Shown here in pieces: positions 1 to 6,137 of a DNA stretch of 10,415 bases; position 1 is the stretch's first letter, and each line of letters starts with the position of its first letter. The stretch is from Candidatus Bathyarchaeota archaeon (GTDB lineage Archaea > Thermoproteota > Bathyarchaeia > Bathyarchaeales > Bathycorpusculaceae): contig CAVZPM010000020.1 of NCBI GenBank assembly GCA_963777155.1, forward strand, positions 1 through 10,415. The letters run 5' to 3'. The translations under genes and the position numbers were made by a program. A model generated the notes under the pieces. That model made no database searches and had not been told where the DNA came from. It saw only the letters and a list, made by a program, of their open reading frames with translations.

Positions 1-748
1 TCTGCGGGTTTCTTTCCGTATTTGTGCTTAATGTATCTGGCGAAGGATAGGATTACAGGGGTTACACCCATCGGCTGCGTCACATTCTGGTTCTGAGCCA
101 TTCGGTAAGCAAAGTCGAAGCGTTTCTCCCAGTCTGCTCTGCCGACACCTCTACCTAAAACGTCGATTTCTTCTTGTCTCGGAAGAAGACTTACCCTATC
201 AAACATCGGGTTAAGCCGCGCGTAGGTTCCTGAACTGTAGCCATATGTAACTTGTTTTCCGCCAACATCCATGGTGTGGACATTTGAGGGAAAATTTAAG
301 TTGAGGATTACACCCATGAAGATCTCATAGCTTTTTTTCCTAACGGCATAGTTAATGAGTCCTCTTGCGCCACAACTATAGATTTGTTTTAGGTGGGTTT
401 GAGTTGCCGGTAGGACTTTCGATTGTCCTGTTGAGCCGCGTGTCATAACCCAGGTTTCTGGCGGTTCAGACAAAAATGCCTTGTAACTGCGTTCTTTTAC
501 ATGAATCAAATATGGAGTGAGCTCTGAATAATTAATTATTGGAACATTAGCACGATAATCAGAAATGTTTTTGACGTGGGAGACGTTGTGACTTTGGCCA
601 TACTCAGCGGTTTGGTATTTTGAACTAAATCATCCAGCACCTGTCTCTGTGCTATTTCGGGGTTTTCGATTGAATCGTACCATGGCTGAATGTATGGCTG
701 CAACATACTGTTTATTGCTTCTTGATCAATAGGTAACATACCGTTCAA
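1..748 (-). CDS. GH3 auxin-responsive-promoter family acyl-adenylate/amido ligase (N-terminal part, runs off the window; one frameshift at about 618-621)
   Basis: ORF 536..748 gives MNGMLPID...PEIAQRQVLDDLVQ. Adding one A to the A4 run (T618-621 on +) gives an open frame to the window edge: KYQTAEYGQSH...DYRANVPIINYSELTPY...FLSEPPETWVMTRGSTGQSKVLPAT...LNLNFP...YGYSSG...WEKRF...MGVTPVILSFARY. This matches the GH3 layout (Q..VL..L...TEYG, VP...Y, T-S/R-G-S/T-T-G..K..P loop). The start is TTG at 748 or ATG at 739. Confidence 0.8.
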
Positions 749-814
749 TCAGTCTTAGTCATGGTTTTGCTTATATGCTTCTCCACTAATAGACTAAAAA
801 TAGGTTGAAGCTTC
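749..814. promoter_or_regulatory. Short divergent promoter region shared by the GH3 and R15P isomerase genes
   Basis: 66-bp gap between head-to-head genes. It has a central TATA-like GCTTATATGC (769-778), flanked by the inverted hexamers TTAGTC (755-760) and GACTAA (792-797). Confidence 0.45.
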
Positions 815-1738
815 ATGGCAGAAATAGTTAAAGACACAGCGGAAAGAATAAGAGTTCTCCAAGTTCAAGGCGCCCGAAACGTCGCAATAGCCGCTGTCAA
901 AGCCATCCAAGCGCAGGCAGAAAAAACCAGAGCAAAAAACAAAGCCGCCTTCCTATCTGAACTTAAAGAAGCCCAAACCATCTTTACTGCTTCCAGAGAA
1001 ACTGAACCCTTGATGCGAAACGCCATTCGCTTCATAAACACAAAAGCCCAAGGTGCAGATACAGAAAAAGTTGCGGAGTTGAGCCGTTTGGTGTCTTCTG
1101 CCGCAAACCAGTTTTTGATTGAGTTAGATGCTTCAAGGGAACTCGTTGCAGAAATAGGCGCCAAACGAATATGGGATGGCATGGTTATTTTTACCCACTG
1201 TCACTCCTCAACCGTAACGCGCATGATAGCTAAGGCAAAAAACCAGGGCAAAAACTTCAAGGTAATCTGCACCGAGACGCGCCCTGCCTTTCAGGGACGA
1301 ATAACCGCCAAAGAGCTTGTGGATTTGGGCATTGAAACCACATTCATTGTTGATTCGGCAGCGCGGACAGTTATGGGCGATGCGGACTTTGTTGTTGTCG
1401 GTGCAGATGCGATAACATCTGAGGGTAATGTCGTAAACAAGATTGGAACAAGTGCTATCGCAGTACTAGCCCATGAGGCGCGCAAACCGTTCTATGCGGT
1501 TTCGGAACTCCTTAAGTTTGATCCGGAAACTCTTGGCGGAGAATGCGAAAAAATCGAGCAAAGAAGCCACATAGAAGTTTGGAGCGAAGCGTCACCAAAG
1601 CTTATCATAAGAAATCCCGCTTTCGATGTTACCCCAAACCGTTACATTCACGGCCTAATTTGTGAAGAAGGTATAATCGCTCCACAAGTGGTCGTGGAAG
1701 TTATGCGTCGCAGGTTTCCATGGCTTTTGCTCTCTTAA
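815..1738 (+). CDS. e2b2: Ribose-1,5-bisphosphate isomerase (eIF-2B alpha/beta/delta family)
   Basis: 307-aa intact ORF with THCHSSTV (catalytic Cys), ETRP..QG, VVVGADAI (catalytic Asp), NKIGT and NPAFDVTP. Its position near RuBisCO and AMP phosphorylase favours R15P isomerase over MtnA or eIF2B. Confidence 0.9.
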   Translation: MAEIVKDTAERIRVLQVQGARNVAIAAVKAIQAQAEKTRAKNKAAFLSELKEAQTIFTASRETEPLMRNAIRFINTKAQGADTEKVAELSRLVSSAANQFLIELDASRELVAEIGAKRIWDGMVIFTHCHSSTVTRMIAKAKNQGKNFKVICTETRPAFQGRITAKELVDLGIETTFIVDSAARTVMGDADFVVVGADAITSEGNVVNKIGTSAIAVLAHEARKPFYAVSELLKFDPETLGGECEKIEQRSHIEVWSEASPKLIIRNPAFDVTPNRYIHGLICEEGIIAPQVVVEVMRRRFPWLLLS

Positions 1739-1843
1739 CCTGCCAAATCGCTTACATCGATTTCCTGCTTTACGTTTGGATTAGTACAAAATAGTGTGCG
1801 AAGCTATTTGGTGAAAACTGAAATATTAGCCCTTAAGAAATAT

Positions 1844-1887
1844 AAAATAAAAAAAGGAGAGATTGTTTTTTGTTTTGTGTGGTTTTT
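1844..1887. terminator. Oligo-T terminator region between convergent genes
   Basis: A7 at 1849-1855 reads as T7 on the - strand, about 33 nt after the surface-protein stop. T runs at 1866-1871 and from 1883 lie on the + strand downstream of e2b2. Confidence 0.5.
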
Positions 1888-4428
1888 TTATGGTCGTTTC
1901 TTCATCATCATTACTACTAGTAGAACTAGTACTATGATGATTAAGACGAATAGACCTGCAATTGCTGGTACGAAGTATGTGTCAGCTGTTGATGCTGGTG
2001 TTGGTGTTGGTGCTGTGGTTGCTGCTGGTTGTTCTTCAACGAAGAAGGCACTTTGAGCGACTGATCCATAGTATGCTGCCGAGCCTGCGAAGGTGACGTA
2101 GACTGTGTATGAACCTGAGATGTCTGGTTTCCAGTTAAATTTGTATGCGCCTGTGAGATCGCTTGTGGTTGTGCCAACTACACGGTAGTTTCCGTTTGAG
2201 TCAAGGACACTAACAGTTAATGGAACACCACTTGCGTTGTTTGGACATTCGAATTGCTTGTAGACGTATAGCATCCATTGGCTCTGGCTTGCGTCAGATA
2301 CTGCTGGAACACCGTTGGGGAAACGAGCATTTTAATAGCGTATTCTTTAGTGCCTGGAGATATGTCTGTTACCGATACCTTGTATTACGATACGCTGCTG
2401 CCAAATCGTACTGAGACATCTGGTGAAGCGTTAACTGTTAGTGCGGATGGACCTTTGCCGATTGCGTATACTCGTTGGTCATAGGTGTCCATGGTTGCGA
2501 TTATGCTGTCAGCCGATGATTCCGTTGCCACCCCAGCGGGTTTCACGGAACATGCCGTTTACTCTCCAGATTTCTTCGCCGTTGTATGCATTAACGCAGA
2601 TGTATGGTGCGCCGCGTGGTATTGGTTGTTCGGCAGAGTGCTCGAGTGTGCCGACATAGATTTTTCCATCGGCAATCAGATCTATCCAGCCCCACCAGTT
2701 ATCGCCAGTTACAGGTTCGTTGTAATGGATCAGACATTGTATAAGTCCACGCTGTTTTCCCTGTCTGAGCGTCATAAGCATAGAGTATGCCGCCAACGCC
2801 CACTGAGAAGAGTTTGCCGTATGCGAAGTACCAAGTGTGTTCTGCATTGCCCCAGCCGTAAGCGTCTAGCCAGTTTTCAGAGTCGGTTTCCCATAGATAA
2901 TTTCCGGTTTCTGTGCTAAAGCCATAGTGTTTCCTTAGTTCTTTGTCCCATACTGTGAAAACGCCGTCTTGCAACATAGTTAGTGCAGCGTACCATATTG
3001 TATTGTGTTAGAGCCTGCTAGCCATTCAGCTGGTGCTGCCCAGGTTTTGTCGAATAGTAATGTTCCATTGTGATCCTGGTGCTAGTACTCAATGCCCATA
3101 CTTCTTACCTGTGTTTGATTGAAGATTACTGACATTACTCTGTCTGGATAGAATCTTTACTATTGGTGCGAAGAATGAACTGCCAGGTGTTAGTCCTGCG
3201 GGGATTGATACGTTCCATGAGTAGCATTGCTTTGGATTGATGCATCGCAATGTAAATCCGTGAACTGTGGCTGCCCCAACTGCCATAATCTGGAGCTATT
3301 GGGAGCTGAATTCTGTAGTCCGCTGTCGGTTGAGTTCCAAAGAGCCATCCAGCTATTCGCATAGTCAATTTGCTAGATGAGGATTTCGCCGCTAGGACCA
3401 AAGACTCGAGTGCCTGAAGGTACGTTGTTGAACTGTATCATCTGCCAGTTACCAGTGAAGGGGTCGTATGCGTTATAAGTACTGCCAGATTACTGTCCCA
3501 GACGTAAGTGAATACACCGTCGTAGTTGAAACTGTTGAAGTAGAAGGATTTGACCGAATGATAGTGCAGTATTGTTTCTGAATACAGCCATTGTTCTCCA
3601 GTGTGTAGATCTACTGCAATGATTGCTGGTGTGCATACCGCTAGTATCTGTCCTGCTGGTAGTAGAGAATTCCGTTCATTACTACTGAATTAGGGAATTT
3701 GCCTTCGTATGCGTCGCCTGCTTTCAGATGACGCTGGAATTTGTCCGTCACCCCATAAGCCTCCAGTTAAGCCTCCAGTAGTCAATTGGTTTGCCCATAG
3801 TACGTGGGCAGTTTCTGGTGCATCGTCATTGTAGAGTGCTAATCGAATTGTCGGGTCTAGCTAACCCAGTTTCCTGAGATCGGAATACCATTCTCTGAGC
3901 TGTGGGTCTATTGGACGACTCCAGTATTCTGTTGGAAGAGCATGGCCTGGATAATCTGGCAATGGTTCTTGTTGTACAACAAGTTCTACGTGTGTGCTGG
4001 TGCTTGCTTTCATTACTGTGCCTGCGAATATCATGTTGTTTCCTTCAAAGTTGAAGAAGGTTGCTGGGTTTGTTTGTTCAGGGAAGTTTGTCGTGAATTT
4101 GTATGTGCCGATTTGATTTGGCGTGAATGTTGTATAGGATGAACCTGTTGAGTCTGTTCTGAATGGTCCAAGTGTGCTTGTTGTGTTGTCAGGATAAACG
4201 ACTGTCACGGTCAAACCTGTCCAACCTAAATCTACGGTTCCTAATTGCTGTCAGAATTCCAAATTTCACGAGAACATCCTGACCAACTCCTACTGGGTTG
4301 GGAATAGCATCGACAACTGCGTAAGTTTTCATTGTAGGTGCAGTCTGTGCTTTAACTTGTGTGATAGGTACAATTGAAGCCACAAAAGCGAATATTATTA
4401 ACAATGCAAATATTTTATTTGTTTTCAT
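1888..4428 (-). CDS. Large secreted, C-terminally membrane-anchored PQQ-like beta-propeller repeat surface protein; one gene broken by multiple frameshifts (sequencing error or pseudogene)
   Basis: The fragments join in order: signal peptide MKTNKIFALLIIFAFVASIVPITQVKA; PNPVGVGQ; LGPFRTDSTG; LPTEYWSRPID; APETAHVLWA; GDAYEGKF; AVDLHTGE; GFSTETGNYLW; AYDAQTGKTAW; IADGKIYVGTLEHS; CVNAYNGEEIW; YAIGKGPS; GSVTDISPGT; RFPNGVPAVSD..QWMLYVYKQF; a beta-rich domain; Thr/Pro linker; TM helix; KKRP tail. The repeated A.D..TG...W units are PQQ/BamB-type propeller blades. An SD-like AGAGGA lies at 4435-4440. Confidence 0.8.
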
Positions 4429-4466
4429 TTTTTTTCCTCTTTGTATTTTTCTTTTTGTTTTTTTGT

Positions 4467-4506
4467 ATAGGTAAACTATGTTTTATTCAAACAAAGGATT
4501 ACCTAT
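4467..4506 (-). promoter_or_regulatory. Predicted 5'-UTR stem-loop of the surface-protein transcript
   Basis: ATAGGTAA (4467-4474) pairs with TTACCTAT (4499-4506). Inside it, TGTTT (4479-4483) pairs with AAACA (4489-4493) around a 5-nt loop. The hairpin begins about 24 nt downstream of the TATA box. Confidence 0.5.
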
Positions 4507-4529
4507 CTGCACTTCTATCATAAAATTCA

Positions 4530-4545
4530 CTTATAAGACTTTCTG
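4530..4545 (-). promoter_or_regulatory. Archaeal BRE-TATA promoter of the surface-protein gene
   Basis: The minus strand reads CAGAAAGT-CTTATAAG, a purine-rich BRE immediately followed by TTATAA. This predicts a TSS near 4505. Confidence 0.65.
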
Positions 4546-4562
4546 GCAAGCGACCACCGTCA

Positions 4563-4746
4563 CCTGAGAAAATCGCCAATTTTTCATGGTAATTGGCTAA
4601 AATGACAGTGTCTTACACTGCTCAGGACTCGTGATAGACACTACATAAGAAGTGGATGTCCACTTCTGATACTCACCGCAACAATTGTCCTATAGGTCTC
4701 TTTTCACTCTGCTCAAGGAGCAGAATTTTTCATCTCTGGAACCAGA
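4563..4746. repeat. Cluster of short perfect inverted repeats and palindromes
   Basis: CCTGAG(4563-68)/CTCAGG(4621-26); GCCAATT(4575-81)/AATTGGC(4591-97); CAGTGT-ctt-ACACTG(4606-20); AGAAGTGGA-tg-TCCACTTCT(4648-67); ACAATTGT and CCTATAGG(4681-96); TCTGCTC-aag-GAGCAGA(4708-24); TCTGG-aa-CCAGA(4735-46). Confidence 0.75.
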
Positions 4747-4753
4747 AGCACAC

Positions 4754-4766
4754 TTTTTTAAAAAAA
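4754..4766. terminator. T6A7 tract, candidate (bidirectional) terminator downstream of RuBisCO
   Basis: TTTTTTAAAAAAA gives T7 on the - strand about 70 nt after the rbcL stop, and T6 on the + strand. Confidence 0.4.
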
Positions 4767-4833
4767 TGCACAGGGGAGTATTTGGAGAGAGACTCTGTTC
4801 TGCTATAAACATGAGTGATAGTCTGCTGATAAT

Positions 4834-6057
4834 CTATACTTTCCATCGTTTTAGTGCATCATCAAGTTCCTGATGACTCTTTGCATATTCATCAAGGGTT
4901 TTGCCTTCCAAAGTGGCATCGACAGCTTGGCGCATGGCTTTGGCACCGCAGATCGTTCCATGTGGGTGCCCATGGATGCCACCGCCTGCTTGGATGACAA
5001 AGTCGTTGCCAAAAGTCTCCATCAGAGCAGGAACCAAATGGGGATGCAGCCCGCCGCTGGCAACAGGCAACACTGGTTTCAGACCGCCCATTTCTGCTTT
5101 GCAGGCAGATATGTTTTCGAGGACTTCGGCTTTGGTTTCCGACATTTTACCAACGACCGTTCCGACGTGGAGTTGGTCTACGCCAATGATTCTGGCGACT
5201 GACGCTATGGGTTTCATGGAGATACCGTGCTGCTGGTTTTTGGTGAAAGCAGCGTGACCAGCGCGGTGGGCGTGGATGACGAGTTTGAAGTTTTGGTCTC
5301 TTAACGTTTGGAGTGCTGACCACCCGCAGGTGAGAATATCCACCATGACGTATTCGCCACCTTGGTCAAGGACGCTTTGAGCGCGCTTAAGCATGGTGTT
5401 TGTTTCTGCGGTGATGTTTATCATGTAAACTTTTCGTTCACCTGTTTCTTTTTGGGCTTTGTCTCGGCTCTCCAAAGTCTGTACCAAGCGGGTTTCAAAT
5501 GGGTTAAAACTCTGGCTGCTCAGGTTCTCATCATCCTTTACAATGTCGCAGCCGCCCAGCCATGCCTCATATGCCACTTTTGCATGGTCTTTGGTCTCTA
5601 ACCCAAGTTTAGGTTTGATTATTGTTCCTACCAGTGGGCGCGTGGGAACTTTGAGGAGCTTACGGATTCCGCTGATCCCAAACGCTGGACCTTTAAAGCT
5701 ATCTAAAAGTTGTTTTGGGAATTCTATGTCGAGTAGGCGCAGGTTTTTCAGTGCTTTTAAGCCAAAAACGTTTCCTGCAACGCTACTCAGGATATTTGGC
5801 ATATTAGCTGGTTCAAAAAGCTCGGGAGGATATGCTATTTTTACTATGTTATCTTCGATTCTGAAGACGTGGGCGGCAAGTCGCTTGACGTAGGGCTTCT
5901 CAGTGGTTAGTTCTGTCCAGGTGCCCACTGAACTCTCCGCAGCCACACCTCCTGCAGCTTCCTTTAGGCTTAGGCCTTCGGGGTCAACTTGAAAAGTACA
6001 CACCAATTCTGTTTCTTTGGGTTCGTAGGTTAAATCGACAAAGTCAAGATACTTCAA
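4834..6057 (-). CDS. rbcL: Form III ribulose-1,5-bisphosphate carboxylase large chain
   Basis: 407 aa, TTG start with upstream GAGG. Motifs are AAESSVGTWT (E60), GNVFG (N123), TIIKPKLG (K175/K177), GCDIVKDDE (K201-D203-E204), HAHRAGH (H294/R295), DQLHVGTVVGKM (H327/K334), ASGG (S379) and QAGGG. These indicate a true RuBisCO rather than a form IV RLP. No small subunit gene is adjacent. Confidence 0.96.
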   Translation of the reverse strand: MKYLDFVDLTYEPKETELVCTFQVDPEGLSLKEAAGGVAAESSVGTWTELTTEKPYVKRLAAHVFRIEDNIVKIAYPPELFEPANMPNILSSVAGNVFGLKALKNLRLLDIEFPKQLLDSFKGPAFGISGIRKLLKVPTRPLVGTIIKPKLGLETKDHAKVAYEAWLGGCDIVKDDENLSSQSFNPFETRLVQTLESRDKAQKETGERKVYMINITAETNTMLKRAQSVLDQGGEYVMVDILTCGWSALQTLRDQNFKLVIHAHRAGHAAFTKNQQHGISMKPIASVARIIGVDQLHVGTVVGKMSETKAEVLENISACKAEMGGLKPVLPVASGGLHPHLVPALMETFGNDFVIQAGGGIHGHPHGTICGAKAMRQAVDATLEGKTLDEYAKSHQELDDALKRWKV

Positions 6058-6080
6058 AGGGTAATCCTCGCGCCTGCTAA

Positions 6081-6120
6081 TGAGAAATGGGGTTTCCTTA
6101 AAATCTTTAACTATTTCCCA
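6081..6120. promoter_or_regulatory. Back-to-back promoters for rbcL and AMP phosphorylase
   Basis: The dyad TTAAA-ATC-TTTAA (6098-6110) provides a TATA-like element on each strand: TTTAACTA on +, about 30 nt before 6138, and TTTTAAG on -, about 40 nt before 6057. It is bracketed by the imperfect inverted repeat TGAGAAATGG (6081-90)/CTATTTCCCA (6111-20), 8/10 matches. Confidence 0.6.
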
Positions 6121-6137
6121 GCTTAATTTGTATTGAC

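Noticed and set aside
618-621. Phase variation or programmed frameshift in the GH3 gene
   Set aside because: The run is only 4 nt and the window shows other indel noise, so a consensus error is the simpler explanation.
865-1485. Minus-strand ORFs 865..1182 and 1291..1485
   Set aside because: Antisense shadows of the well-supported isomerase gene, with no recognisable motifs.
1796-4142. Plus-strand ORFs 1796..2056, 2220..2414, 2278..2484, 2485..2919 and 3942..4142, and alternative-frame minus ORFs such as 1941..2177 and 2441..2659 (+)
   Set aside because: Shadows or wrong-frame readings of the fragmented surface-protein gene. The QHQHQ run is the Thr/Pro linker read out of frame.
1888-4428. 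Treating the minus-strand fragments as an operon of small genes, or as programmed frameshifting
   Set aside because: The fragments join colinearly into one protein, and the breaks are too many and mostly not at slippery heptamers.
4563-4766. CRISPR array, tRNA or known riboswitch interpretation of the palindrome cluster
   Set aside because: There is no repeated unit with regular spacers, no cloverleaf with T-loop consensus, and no aptamer consensus I recognise.
4515-4832. Recurrent TGATA(G) words (4515-20 reverse, 4632, 4667, 4816, 4827)
   Set aside because: Short, irregularly spaced and plausible by chance in AT-rich DNA.
4685-4873. 62-aa plus-strand ORF in the palindrome-rich intergenic
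   Set aside because: TTG start, no motif, and it overlaps the rbcL 3' end. It cannot be supported without expression data.
4834-6057. RuBisCO-like protein (form IV) with a methionine-salvage MtnA, or evidence of a Calvin cycle
   Set aside because: The catalytic residues checked are all present, the neighbours are AMP-pathway genes, and there is no rbcS or prk in the window.
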